Shown here one piece after another: positions 1 to 14,200 of a stretch of 64,000 bases of DNA. The number at the start of each line of letters is the position of its first letter. Position 1 is the stretch's first letter. Made by a program: the position numbers and the translations under genes. The notes beneath the pieces are model-generated. The model was not told the origin of the DNA and searched no databases. It saw only the letters and a list, made by a program, of their open reading frames with translations. This DNA is from Auanema rhodensis (Eukaryota; Animalia; Nematoda): NCBI GenBank assembly GCA_964057225.1, contig OZ059899.1, positions 6,324,001-6,388,000 on the forward strand, read 5' to 3'.

Positions 1-218
1 AAGTATATCCTTGTCTACATGTCAAGGAGATTAAGCAAATTATGCTATTTTTAATTTTTATATTGTTCAAATGTTAAAAAATAATATTTTTTAGAGAAAT
101 AGTTTTAGGAATAAAGTATATTTGATTCATTTTTGTTCATACCCGGAAAAATATTAAACTTATTTAGTTTACTATATATATATATATATTAAATTTTTTA
201 GGAAATTAAAAGACATAC

Positions 219-275
219 CTGAATTGGCGTATGTGTTGCCAAATGTATCAATGGGTCACACGCTTGCCACGAGCC
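219..275 (-). CDS. lin-14: Internal coding exon (GSWQACDPLIHLATHTPIQ) of a probable lin-14-like heterochronic BEN-domain transcription factor; the gene continues left of the window
   Basis: 57-nt phase-0/phase-0 exon flanked by attatAG| and CAG|GTatgt. The peptide resembles the C. elegans LIN-14 segment as I recall it (GTWQNCDPQVEIASHLPMQ). ~27 kb of non-coding DNA upstream fits the long lin-14 5' region. Confidence 0.6.
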
Positions 276-747
276 CTATAATAATATAAAATAAGTTTTT
301 AAAAAACGAATATGTCTAAAACAATAAAATCAGAGCAAAAAGATAGTTTGAAAACAGAAAAAAAGAAACATATTAAAAAGCAGTATAAATTCTTTTAGAA
401 AAAAAATGAAACAAAAAAGCAGAATATATTAGAGAATGTAGAGATAACAAAAAAAAAAGATTCTAAGCTAGTCAAGCAATAGAAAAAAAAACGAAAAAAA
501 ACGAGTGTGATAACACTGTGAAAGTTCCATCCGTAAAAAAACGAATGTCAAAAAAAAAACTGGCTCTTAAAACTCATCTCACCAATGGTTACAATTAGTA
601 GAAAGAGGCCTTTTTTGCCGATAAAAGTAGCTGATAACTCCTCTCCATAACCAAGCAAATGATCGAGAGAAGAAAAAAGGTATTAGACAGAGAAAAGGTT
701 GATTAATATATTTTCTGATAAGACCATTTAGGGACACTGTATGTTAA

Positions 748-762
748 GGGGGGGGGGGGGGG
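748..762 (+). repeat. G15 homopolymer (G-quadruplex-capable)
   Basis: 15 consecutive G in very AT-rich intronic DNA. Confidence 0.95.
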
Positions 763-2924
763 AATAGAGCATTGGGATTGCAAACAGTTCGCAACATTGA
801 CGCTTGAATGACCAGTGGAAAGCGAATACTGATTGCTGGACATTGAAGACATTGAAGAAATTTATTAAATCTTAATAATCCTTGTCATATTTGGATTCAG
901 TAAGGAAAGAAAATAGTTAGAATGGTATATGAGCAAAAAAGGGAAACAACGGAACCAATATTCTGAATGGATGGATGCTGCCCACTCTTTTATAAAGGAC
1001 GGGATATAACTATGATGTTTAAAGCTATTGTTCAGAGGTGAAAAAACTTGTAACATCAGCTGATATTTGAATTTACTGTGTATGTTCTCTATATCAGATC
1101 GTAGTACTGTAGATAGGAATAACGAAAAATAAACTGAGGAAGCATTGAATGTCGTTCAAACTGAACGTGAAGCTAAGCTAGATGCACATGCTTGAAAGAT
1201 ACATCTCACCTTCTTGCTTTCTTCAAAGTGAGCCATGTGAGGCTGGTCTATCCTCTACGGAACATATGCTGGATCTAGAAACATTTTTATGAAATAGAAA
1301 GCATCAGAGCTCATGGAAGAAAAATCAAGTTATTAAGTCCGAAATCAATGATGCGAGAACGATTGAGTGAAAAAATGCCAAAAAAACCGAAATACAAGGA
1401 GAAAACATAAATTGCTTGTCCGTTTAGGATTAAGAGCAGCTTCATGGGAATTAACGTGACCGACGACAAGAAAAGGGCGGTCCCCATAAAGAAGAAATCC
1501 AATTTAAGGAAGAAATTAGATAAAATTTCAGGAGCCAACGAGGTGCTCTTGGTCCAACCTTTTAGCCGAGTGTTGGTTTCTGTCTCAACTTTCAAAAAAA
1601 AACTTTTCTGTTTAAAAAAACTTCAGCACACGTTTTTGCGCTAGTAAATCGGATTAAATTGAATTGAATGGTGATGACATGAGCATGAGGAAATATTAAA
1701 AAAATGTTGGGAATGAGTCAATTGTGCTGGAAGCGAACATCGGCAGAAGTGGGACGGTAATCAAGAAGACAGTTACGATTAGACAGACGCGGACAATGAA
1801 CCGACGATGAACATTTGCGCAAAACGTCTGTCGGAGCAAAAAATTGTTGAACAAACACCATTTCTTCCGTACTTTGCGTAAAAAGAACAGATTGCAGAAT
1901 TTTGATCAGAAGAAATACGGATTGGTTCAAGCTCGAGATGCTAAAGTGCAGAAACAGCTAAACAGGATATTGTTAATTTGTAGGTAGATAAAGCAACATA
2001 GATTGGTGTAGAGGCCAATTATTCTTCTATTGTTGAATATGCTAGAAAGAGCAAGGAGATGAGTCAATTCTTCAAGTGGGGGATACAAATCTGATCAAAT
2101 GATGAGTTGATCTCAGATATTCATGAGATTAATATATGCAAACAAACTTAGCAAGGTTAAAGAACGGAAAAACAGTAGAGAACGTGAGTTTTGCAAAAAA
2201 AGTTGAAAAAACGCTTGAATTGAGAGAAAAGTACCTAAGGCTTTAAAGCCATTGACATGTATGTATGTGGTTGTGTGTTATGTTGTGTAGAAATCGATGA
2301 TGTTTCTGCCTTTTTCATGTGTGGCAGGATGGAGGGTAGAGGGAAGGAGGACCGACCTCTAAGAAGAGACGTTACTGCATGTAGCAGAGAAATATTGAAC
2401 TTGTATATTAGGTTACTAGTTTAAAAAATTGAAAATGAAAAAAAAGGTTCAGAAAATTAGTTCAGGAATCGAAAAAAAACTTTGATCGGAGGTTCCAGTT
2501 AATTATATTAATTATATATTGAAAAAGGATATAAAGAAATTTCAATTTCATTAGAGATCATGTTGTGTTTTGTTGCCTAAATGCTCAAGATATGAGTAAG
2601 ATTAGAACGAAAGAAGAGAGAAATGTTTCAAAAATTCTTTTCTTTTCAATATGTTTAGATAATTGAAAAGATAATTCTAAAATGAGAGAGGACCAGAGAA
2701 AAAAGAAGACGGAAAAGACAAAAAGCACTGCATAGTTCAACAACACAGAGTTAGCAGGAAAAAAAGGGAGGGGGATAGAAAGGTGAATGACCATCGGCTG
2801 AAATAGAACGGAAAAGGAAAAATGAGTAAAATTATTGGAAAATGAAGAATATGATAAAAGTATTTGAAGATATTTATGAAAAATGTTGAAACAAGCGAAA
2901 AAAGAAGAAAGCGAGATCGCGCGC

Positions 2925-2927
<3 letters not shown>

Positions 2928-2981
<54 letters not shown>
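2928..2981. repeat. (AG)27 microsatellite
   Basis: Perfect dinucleotide run; source of the spurious SLSLSL ORFs. Confidence 0.97.
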
Positions 2982-2984
<3 letters not shown>

Positions 2985-5900
2985 TAAGATGGAGAAAGAA
3001 TGGTGGACATATGAATAAGTGCGAATTATTTGATGAAGAAGATGAAAATGCTTTTTGGACATTGGCCAAAAAAAGAAAGTAGGGAAAATGTGTGTGTGAG
3101 AGAGTGGGGAGATAGAGAGAAAGGGGAATAGATGGAAAGAAATAAAGTTAGAGACAGTAGAAATAAAGAGAATTAAAATGAATACTTTGCTTAGATGTCG
3201 CTGTATTAAGCTTCCTCTCATGTGTTGCATTTTCAAACTTAGAGGACAAAATGTTATAAAAAAGATAAAAAAGAGAGAAAGAAGAAAGAAATGAGTTGAC
3301 CCTCCCACTTTGAATCAGAGAAACGTAGAGAAGATTGAGGAAAAAAGAATGAGGGAGAAGAATTGAAAGAAGGATAAGAATGCCTAGAAAAAAAGAAAAG
3401 AAAAAAATGCGAGGGACACCGCACTATGAGCTAAAATCTCGTAACAGCTGTTATTTGTAGTTTGAGTATATGTTACACGATTGTAGATCAGCACTTTTCT
3501 TTCATTGTTATTTAAAATATGAAGTAAATCTATGTAGATGTTTCGTAGAAAGAACAAAATTCATAATGCATATAGATATGTGACATGAAGGCAGATGGCC
3601 ATCCTCCAAATCTCATGATTTCAAAAAAAAATTAATGATAGAAAAAGTTGATAACAGCAATGACTTATTACACACATTGGGAATTGCATTTGATTGATGA
3701 TGAGGTTTTTCCCAACAATCTGCATCAACGTATAAGCATAGAAAAAGCACGTGCCATTCATAGCTAGCAATTCGAATAGTTAATGAATATTTGCTAAGAT
3801 TTCAGATATCCGAAAAGAACGGAGCGAGGGAGTCGATTGCTGAAGAAGTACTTCCTTATACTTTAGTATTACAGCACAAATATATAGAAAGAAACTTTTG
3901 AAATTATAAGGAAAATAGTAGAGCTAAACAGAAATGAGCAACGACTTAGTGCCACAAAAAGGATGTCGACGTCGTTTCCCATAATTGGACATAAATAGCT
4001 GTGAGTCCAAGTAGATGTCTCTCTTTTTCTTCCCTACTGATCATCAATTTTCTCTAGTTCTCTCCTACGATTCCTATTTCGTGTTCACATTTCTCAACGG
4101 TTTCATGAAAAATGCTGCAGAAGCTTGTTGCAGAAACCAGTTCATTTGCAGATCTCTGACGAGCTCTTATCCACCAACTCCACGTGTATAAATGTCCTTC
4201 TTTCGGTCTCAAAATTCTAATTCATTTCATATCATTTTCAATTTTTGATCCAAAATATATTCTGCAAGTGTGATGGGCAACGCGTTTGGATAAAAAATTC
4301 CATGTCCATACGATTGCCGTCATTATGAAGTAAAAAAATTGTGCTAATATCAATACGGCGAGGATTGCTAAAAGAAAAAGACAAAACCGAGAAAAGTTAT
4401 CAAAAATCTTGAAATTCCGTTTCTTTTTTTTTGAAAAGAGAAGCTGGAAAAAATATAATTTAAGTGAACGGTCGAAAACTGAGCTAATTTTGAAACAGTA
4501 GATTTCAGAAATTTTCTGGTTGCTAGCCGGAAACTCTTCATTTTTACTGAACTCCAGTCTAGCCCAATTACGCAACATGTAAGTTCCAAAAGAGGAATAC
4601 GCCCGCAGGGAAAATTTTTTATTGACCAAAAACTAAAAAGAAGTAAACAAGTAGCGGTTCAATGCATTGCGGCTAAATGACGTCATTACAACGGCTTATG
4701 CTCTTGAATTCTTTTTTTTTTCTTTTTTCATTTTCTACTCTCATTTTTTCTTCTCATTTTCTCTTATATTGGTCGATTGGTCCTAACATCATAAGCTCAA
4801 GTTTTCAGACATTCTCTTCACTTCACTTGTTAATTAATCCTCGATCTCTGTCGAAAAAGGTTCTAAATAAATGGTTTTGATGGTCATTTTTTGGAGCATA
4901 ATGAGTTATCTATCCATAAAAACCAAAGAACTGCAAAGAACTATACCTCAACTATATAGTAGAATGTTCATTTTCAGCTTTTTTATACTCTAATCCCGAG
5001 TATGTCATATAGCTTTCTCTATATCGCATCTATCTCTCCCACACGCACACAATATCTTTTTTAAGAATTGCCAATTTCCAATATAATATTTAAAAAAAAG
5101 ATTTCAACATTACGCTAGATTTCATTTTCATCAATAGTAGAAAGATCAGGGAACTTTTTGATAATTTAAAAAGCGAATATTCATCCGGATTCTGTTGAAA
5201 GCTTATCATCTCTTTTACCGTATATGAAATAGAAATTACTACCCCCAACTGAGTAATCAGCAGCTTAACTGAACAAAAACGGAAATCGGGCATATATGTA
5301 TGCGATTATTTTAAATCATTAATATGGCAACTAGATAAATTAATTTATTTGTTGCTATATATAAATCAAATAGCATAAGGGCTATAGTTTCAAATGCTTA
5401 GTGCTATCGTTATATATCTGTATAGGGATAATTGTGGATGAGCAGCAAAATGAAGCGTATTTAACAGTTAGAGCATACGTAATATTATAAAATTGAACCT
5501 TAAAAGATGAAATATTTGATTAATCGAATTCTAGGCTGTTAAAATCTTCGTCACACCCATTATTTCCAACATCAGCATAAGCATCATCATCATCGGCATC
5601 ATTTTCGGCCAATATTGTTGATGACAATGCGAAATGATGAAGATAAAAAAATAAAATTTAAATTATTATAGTCTGTGAATCACAATAGATCAACAGCTAT
5701 AAAGAAGTAAAAGAAAGCTATATAAAGGCAGACTAGTACATATTCAGATTTCAAAGTTTTTGTTAGTTTCTATGTTTTCAATCTATGATTGTTTTTCTTA
5801 ATTATATTTAAGATATAAGTATCTTTTCTGAGATATGAACTATTGAACTCAAAAGTAGTTCAAGTTCTGAGATGATTTTTTTGAAGACAATTTGGAATCC

Positions 5901-7501
5901 CCATTGCGCATACGTATGACGTCTTTAGACATTATCATCGCTTCTGAAATATAAAATAAAATAATAATATAAAAAGAATAATCAGAAAGTTAATTAATGA
6001 CGACAATCAAATACGACAAAAATGTATAAAAAGTATTTAAATGATATGAATGAGATGTAAATGCTAATTAAAATACGTAAAAATTGCAAAGTTATAGTTT
6101 GCATTAGTTCTTCGTACTTTTTCCTTATATCGTCATAAGCACCAGCTATTTTGACAAAATAAAAGACAAATCAATTAACTATAATAATGAATAACTTTAT
6201 AGTATTTCACTGTTATAGTATACAGCTATAAAGAAAATTGTCTTTCACGCAAGGAAAAGCATTAGTTAGCTTTGCGTAGAAAAAAAAAGAAAAGAAAAAT
6301 ACAAATTCGATTTCCTAATTTATAAAAGAATTTCTCATATAATTAGAAACTATGTGGAAAATTATGAATATAGATCAATCACATCAAACTATAATATAGT
6401 AACTGTTAAAAGTAATTTATAGAAATGTACTTTTCATTTATGTTTTGATAATATTTTCGTCGAAATGAAATTAAAAGGCAAATGAAGTGAAGACAACGAC
6501 TAAGCTTTTTCAATTTTCTTTTTTTTTTGCAGTTCAAGAGCAACTAAAAGTGCTTTTAACTTATATCATTTAATGAATAACCAATAACTGAATGGTTTGT
6601 ATAAGAAACATGGCCACACTAGCTGATCTTTTGAAACTGGTCATTAACACATCGAACTGAATGAAAAGAAAAGACAGAACAGATGGCATATATGGAAGAT
6701 GAGAATGAAAGAGAGAAAGAAGAAAATATGAATACTCATGAAAACAGTTGCAACCTGACTTGAAGCTGAAAATTCGGCTGAATTTTTGAAGCATAACGCT
6801 TAATGAGAAAAATTATCGAAAAAGTCATATAACTAAAGAGAGAAAGAGGAAGGTATAGAGGAAGCGACTAAAGCTCGTAAGCTGAAATTTATCACAATAG
6901 AGATGACCATTTCGATAATCATGAAATGATTAGAATTTGCTTTTCCCGGACATTAATATAGTTTTGCAATGCAACAAACGAAACAAAAGTTGAACTTTAC
7001 TTCTTTTTTCAAATAAATTTAGAAATCAAGGAAGGGAAAGAAATCAAAGTTATTTCATGTGTTGTATTCAAGTAAACTTCTTCGAAAACAGTCATGTTAT
7101 TTGAAAAATAAAAGTGATAAGAACTCTGAATACAAAATTGAAAAAAACCGTTTAAGAACATTAAGATCGACATGAATGATCAAAAATAGTTAAAGTCAAA
7201 TCTTAAAATTTCTCAAAAGGAAAATTAAAAAAAAAATTTGTTTAGACAGAAAATGAATTGAAAGCAATATCTAGCTTATAGCGATAAAGATTTCTATATG
7301 AGAAAACTATAAGAAATATACGTATAATTGAAAAGCTTTCTTATTGGCGGTATATGCCATTGATTTAGCTGATCGTTGCTTTCATGTAACAGCAATCAAA
7401 CGCTCAAGGTCGTCTAGGAAATACCAGGTAAGAAGGTTCGAATAAAAGCAAAAATATTCCAAGGAACATCGTGAAAGATAAGAGAGAATGAGATATATTA
7501 A

Positions 7502-7831
7502 CTAGGAAAAGCAGTGCTGCAAACAAGTTAAAGTCCATAATTGACGGACCAGCACTGTAATGATGAGACAAACTAAAAAATGAAACATATTCTCTGGATT
7601 TGCCTCCAAAAAATAAATCAATTGCTCGACATAATATGAAACTAAATGAATTGAAACGAAAATTTCTAACAAATGTCCCAAAAACGCGAATCTTTTGAAC
7701 CAGATGTTTCTCAAATGAGGACAACAGCCGGCCTTTTTCGTGGTTGATGGCGACTGACCGGCAGACCGAAGATGAGCCGGATGGTCCATATCTTCGTTTT
7801 CGTTGCCTGATGGAAGGTCTTTTTCAGCCAT
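7502..7831 (-). CDS. Candidate alternative first coding exon of the lin-14-like gene (MAEKDLPSGNENED...) or small nested ORF
   Basis: Acceptor ttcttcAG at ~7878, GC-richer coding-like N-terminus, possible donor G|GTCAGT inside the ORF. MAEKDL resembles the recalled LIN-14B start MAENEL. Confidence 0.3.
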   Translation of the reverse strand: MAEKDLPSGNENEDMDHPAHLRSAGQSPSTTKKAGCCPHLRNIWFKRFAFLGHLLEIFVSIHLVSYYVEQLIYFLEANPENMFHFLVCLIITVLVRQLWTLTCLQHCFS

Positions 7832-9688
7832 TTAAGTCTCGTGCTTCGACATCATTTTAGACTGATACATGAATAAGCTGAAGAAATGGAAAAAGCGATG
7901 AGAGAAGCAGAGTATGAGAAGATGGAGAAAATATTCCTATGTATCATTGAGCTGGAGATGATTTCAGCTCAATGCGAGGAAGCATTGCTTAAACAGGAAT
8001 AAACTCACGCGCGCAAACTTTCAATTCGAGGCAAGCTGTTAAGCTAAATGCAATTTAAAACGAAATAACTTTTTTGAAACCTTTTTTCAAAACTTGAAAT
8101 AGCTTCGTGTAGTTTGAACATGTGTTGTAAACGAAATAATTACGTTTGTGCGAGAAATCGTTTGATTTCAAATTAGTATTTACCGGAATGACAATGACGA
8201 CCAAACCCAATAAAATGACTGAAACATCAACGATGCTTATGAAACAAAATAGTGAGGCGAGCACCAATTTTTGGTAACAGAAATCACGATAAGTTGCCGA
8301 ATGATGTGTATTTCGAAAGACGTTAACGTCCATCAACTCAGATGAATCAGCTTGTCTCCATACATGCTCTGCTTCTTCTTCTTCATTCCGTTATACTTTG
8401 TTCTTTCAATTCCTATATAGTATAACATATATTATGTTCTTATGTATGTTGAAAAACGAAACGAGAGAAAAGATAAGCAAAAATATAAAAACGGACTATA
8501 AGAGCTATGAAAGAAAAAGAAAAAACAAAGAAATATCATAAAGAAGAAGAAATAACAATGTCATTTGACACTTCAGAAGAAACATCAGATTAGATGTACA
8601 GCATAAAAGAACAGAGTATAGTCTTAGGACTATATATTCAGCAGAAAATCTGCTCTAAAAGTATGAACCAAATGGGTATGATTTCATTTTCTCCTATATC
8701 AATCAACCTATCTCTAGTCCTTTCATTTTCGTATCCAGAAAATGTTCTCTCACTTTTTATAGCATTTTATAACTTTAGCACGTTATATCTCTCATTTTTT
8801 CGATGCCAGCGTTGATCTTAATCCAAGGCCGGAAACAAAAGAATCTATAAAAAACTTCCCTATTTTTCCGACAAAATAAGGAACTGATTATGAATATAAA
8901 AAAGATTATCCTACACTTTTTCTATAAAGTATTTTGTACCTTAAAGATAGTAAATATAAATTAAAAAAACATATTGAAGAGGGATTTCTCTCTCATATAT
9001 GTCATTTTACAATATGTATAAATGATTTTGTATAAATGATAGAAACGCATGAGCCATGAGCCGAATGGTGCTAAAAGCACCAAATGGCCCTTTTTCACTT
9101 CTTCTCTTTAACTAAGGTCATGACAGGTTAAATATTTACGACAGTAAGGAAGACGTGAACCCAAAAGGGTAATAAACAAATAACAATACAGGTATCAGAT
9201 CAGAGAGAAAGACGGTTAATGCCTAAGAAGAGAAATAGCCGAAGATCCAGCTGTAAATGGCTCAGTCGTTCTGCTATGCTATGGTGCAACTAATATGGCC
9301 TTTCAATTATAACTCACATACAGATTTCTTTGCTTTTATGTATATCAAAATCTATCGTCCCTCTTGTTTGAGAATATGGAAAATCGGAAACGTTGCTTCC
9401 AATAAATTGAAAAATTGAAAAAGAAATACTTAGATAATTTAGAGAAATACGAGGGAGAAAGACAAACACATTTCTTCTCATAATGTGCCGTGAGCTTGGA
9501 ATACAATAATGATGAGTGCCATCTGCCATTTTCGGTTTATCCACCCCGTATTTCGAGCTGGCCGTTGGCGATGTTGCAGGGTTGTCAGCATTCACGATGA
9601 CGTCGTCATGTGCTTGGCGTAGGATTTAGCCATTCAAGCAATCTGCTGTTCTTCGCAAAAATGAGTTCAATATATGTTTGAATATATC

Positions 9689-9703
9689 CTTCTCTCTCTC
9701 TCT

Positions 9704-9743
<40 letters not shown>

Positions 9744-9772
9744 TATATATATATATATTTATATTTATATAT
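9689..9772. repeat. (CT)n followed by an imperfect (TA)n microsatellite
   Basis: Seen directly. Confidence 0.9.
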
Positions 9773-11124
9773 AATGTGATTCGTTTAAATATAATAAAAT
9801 GGTTTGAAGAGAAAACTAAAGGGATGAGAAATCAGTAGGATGGACAGAAAAAAAACTGTAAGCAATGTGTTCATTGAGTTTGTTGAATGGTACAATGACG
9901 TTTTGTTATGTTTCGAATGATAGAACCATGGAATATGGGCCAACGAGAAGAGAAAAGACAATTTTTGTTTCAAGAATCTGACGTACGAATATATATCTAA
10001 GGCTCAACACGCTCAAAGGACTTATAATTCTACGGACGGAACTGAAAAAGCCATATATGCAAATGAGGAAAGAAAGAAAAGTTTGGACAGGATCAATCTC
10101 TCAAAAGAACGCTACTCTCTAGAGACTTGAAGATGATTTTAACATCTTTCGTTTTTTGTTATTGAAAAGAATATAGATATAGTTAATATACTCATTTTGA
10201 GCCATTTGATTTCCCAGTAATGAAAATTGAAATAATAAACATCAGATAAGATTCTCTAATTATTTTCAATTGAAGAAAGGACATAGACAAGCCGTTCGAT
10301 AGCCAGACCCATAAATGTCAGTGGCAGGTGGCTGAGAACGATTGAAAGAATATTTTTATTTTGGCTCAGTAGATCAGAAAAAAAAGTGGAGAAAGAAAAG
10401 AAAAATAACTGAAATCGATTAGTAATATCGATTTTATGAAGAAAGACGTATCTCTTTTTTCGTCGGAGACATCTGTAGAATGTAGAAAAAAAATTGAAAA
10501 GTCACCACAGAGCAACTATATTGCTCAAAACCGAAACGGTCATCAAAACTCATATCTATTGAGTACGTTTCACATACATCCAGCGAAATGAGCAGTGGCT
10601 GTGAAAAGGGAAAAGGTAGATATTGAAATAATAATACTTCAAGATATAATATAAATGAAAATTTGTCAATGGGTATTATATATTATTAATTAAAAAAAAG
10701 TAACTGAGAGAAATATTCAGTAGCATTATTTCTCGTTGTCCTTTTAGTAGAAAAATAGAATAAGATACAGAAAAATAAAAATTGCTTGAAATAGTTGAGT
10801 GCAATCATTTCGTTTATGTTAAAAACTGAAAATGAATGTATTAAGAGCAAAAAAATAGATTTGCAATGTCTAATTCAAACGAAAATAAAATGTAAAGAAA
10901 ATGAAGTGCATGATTAAGATAGATGCTAAAAAATTGCCATTTACAGCTATTTTTTTGGTGAAAAAATTTTTTGTAGGTTGTAAATTCTATTTTTTACAAG
11001 TATTTTCAGTTATTTTTTCCGAAAAAAAAATATAGGAATTAAGAAAAAAAGTACATGATAAAAAAATGAAATATTAAGGCGAAAACATCTATTCCAACAA
11101 TATATAATACAAAATCAAGACTCA

Positions 11125-11206
11125 GCTGGAGGAAGGACCCTGGGTTGGTGGCTTGGCCTGATGGGGGAGGGGCTGTCCCCAAAAGGTCATTGGCGGTCGT
11201 AGGCGC
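11125..11206 (-). other. Candidate 5' exon of the lin-14-like gene (APTTANDLLGTAPPPSGQATNP...)
   Basis: Isolated GC-rich block after a tttttAG acceptor, open in phase 0, with weak resemblance to recalled LIN-14 NDLPDLPGT...HTAN. No phase-matched donor found. Confidence 0.25.
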
Positions 11207-14200
11207 CTAAAAATGCGCCATTGTTGATTGAAACATAGAGTGCAACGCGTAAACAACAAAACTAAACACAGCGGTTATAGAGGTTTAGACGTGGAGAGAT
11301 ATCGTAGCTATTGTATGAGAGACTACTCCACTGAATAGAGGGGCAGATGACAGAAAGAGATAGATGAGAGAGCAACCCGGCTGGAGATTGTTTTTCACGT
11401 GTGACCACTGCCTGCTTCTCTAGTGGCCTCTGCATAGAGTACGCTATCTGACAGAGCGGTCAGCCTGATATCTCGCCCTGTTTAGGGCGGTCACTTAAGG
11501 TCAGCAAATAGAAAATATGCGATAAAAGTAGAACCAACCGGGAAAAGAGAACCTGGGATAGAGGAGAGAAAATGTTGAGATAGAGGGATAGGGATAGAAA
11601 AATATAAAAATAGGAGGGACAACAGAGAGTAATGATGTAGAGAGAACAAGAAAAAGAGGAAAAAAGAGAGAAATATAAAGACAGAAATAATAAAAGAATA
11701 GATAGAAAACTGAAGAGTAAAAGGCAAGCAGACGAGAAGATGAAAAGAGAAGTGGCTCGTCAGTCTGATTATGATGGGACTGAGAAACTGAATAAGATAG
11801 AATGAAGTTACATAGAGGAAAGGGAGAGAAAACGGTCCGTTCATTTTTGCTAAGAACTTTGAATCTATCCGGCTACGGTACATTTTGCCTGATAAACCGA
11901 GGTTTGAACGCCAAAAAAAGAATATTTTAAAAAATTAATATAATCAGCATAAAATATTGTGTTCATCATCAATAAATGAATGCTAAAAAGTACATAATAT
12001 AAAAGTACATACACGTTGTCCCGGAAACGCGAGTGTGTACCTGCTCTACTCGTCTATAAGGACATTTCATATGAAAAAAATGAATTTGTGCGTCAGGGAC
12101 TGACGATCTGGGGCAATAAGAGATATCTTGTGAAGTTGGTCTGCAAAAATTTTCAATAGCATGGAAGATGAGAAAATAAGAAGTTCAAAAAAGCTTAAGA
12201 TTAGTAACTTTCAATCAGGGATAAGAATAATAGTTATGGCAAAATATATCTGCAAATGAACAGAAATATGGCATAGAGAAGCAAGAATAGAAGGATAAAA
12301 TTGTTGCAGGTTGAGGACATATATGGTCACAAACTACATCAGCTTCAGATGACATTTTCTATCGTATACATAAAAATCTATTCATCTGTAGCTTTAATGC
12401 ATTTTCGTCAGCTAGGAATTCGAAGCCGATAAGTAAGAGGTTTTTTCTTATCTAAAACAATAGACTAGCCCTGAGAATAAGATGCATAACTGAATAAGGT
12501 AGAAGAAACAAAAAATGAATAATGAAGAGTAGAAATGAACAAAAATCATTTTGGATATGGAAAGAAAAGAAAAATAGTGGACCAAGAGGGCAAAGAAGAA
12601 TAGATGGCCAGAGGGGTAGTGGACTGAACGTCCATCCATCTATTTCTTTCTTTTTCTCTACCTCTTTTTGATACTCTCTAATTTTCTAATTGTCTGATAC
12701 TCTGCAGTAGCATTACTATTCATATTTAATCTCTTTCTTTTACTTCTCTAGGACAGGCGTGCTCTCTCATCTCGTCCCGTATGCAAATGAATGTTTTCGG
12801 GGGTGGCACTAGAGCTGACCAAAGGGGTGGGGCTGGGAGAAATAAAACAGATAGATGAGAGTGGACGGTTGGTTAGTTGGCTGGTCATATGAAGAATAAG
12901 GAGAAAAGGGAACGAGGAAAACAGAAAGAAAGAGAGAACGATGAAAAGAAAAAGAAACAGAGAGAATGAGAGCACTGAAACAAGAGAAAACCAAATGTTA
13001 GAAGAACAAAATAGTAAGAAAAGAGAAATAGAGAGAACAGAAGGGCAGATACACACGAAAAGTAAAATAGTAGAATATATATATATATAGAGATAGAGAG
13101 ATAGAGAGAGAGTGAGAGAGAGAGAGCAGAGAGCGATATTTAGTTCAAAAGAAACAGAATAGAGAAACAGTAGATAGCCGGCTGGTTGGACACCAAACCC
13201 AAAACACAACAACATAGAGAAACAGCAGCAGAAGGCCATATGATCACCACAAAGCACGAGCTCTGCACTTCGCTCTCTCTTTTCCCTTCTCTTACTCCCT
13301 CTCTCATTATTTCATTTAGTTTTCTATACTTGTCTCTCTCTCAATCCACTATCTTATTCTTTATATTTTGCTTAGTTCATATCTATCGTTTGGCCAGCAA
13401 ACAACAAGCTGCAACTACTGATGTGAATCTGTAAACCAACTGGAATATATCGAGAAAAAGCTAGTAAATGTAAGATGTTGGAAGTTCCTTTAAACTATTA
13501 TAAGTATTTATACTCAAGACGTTAGAAGGAGTTTGGCCTGTTATTTTGAGAAACAAAACTTATTATTAAAGCGAAATTAGCATCTAAGATTATCATGCTG
13601 AACAATAGAAGTAAAATTGAGGATATTGCACAGAAATGCCAACGCAACCTTATTAAGTATTCAAAGAATATGTTGAAGATTTTAGGTTGAAATTGAATTT
13701 GAATGAACTTGAAAATCGACCCTTTGAAGCAGACAACATAAGAAGAAATGAAATTATAGAAAATACGTGAAAAACGAATGATGATGCTATCATACGTGAA
13801 ACTCACGTAGATACTAATTGACCGTCATCTGAGTAAGGAAAACTAACTTTTCAAAAATATGAAATATCATCGTGTATATGCTAATTAAAGAATAAGATGT
13901 TATAAAATAAGATCATCGATTAGTAATATGATATCATTAAATAAAATGAAGCTAAAAAGATCTTTAGCAAGTAAATAGTAAGAAGAGAAAGATCTAAAGC
14001 AACAAAATCGTAAGGTAGAAAAGTAGCTAGATATCTCTTTCTTCATCCTCTTTTTCTATCTCTCGAGATATTCTGGCTAGCCATTGGTCAGTCTGTTCGT
14101 ATTTTCATAGGAAGACACTGCTGATGATGACCTGAGAAGACAATAAGATAGAAGAGCCGACCGTTATCGGCTGTCGTAGACATGGTGACCTGATGAATTA

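Noticed and set aside
2585-3308. Long F/L/S-rich minus-strand ORFs (also 11491-11883, 12748-13257, 20675-20905, 59481-59804)
   Set aside because: By-products of GA-rich and microsatellite DNA that lacks stops on the pyrimidine strand; no splice or homology support
7945-7974. 10-bp inverted repeat CATTGAGCTG/CAGCTCAATG
   Set aside because: Too small for a miRNA or MITE; no target-site duplication or second copy seen
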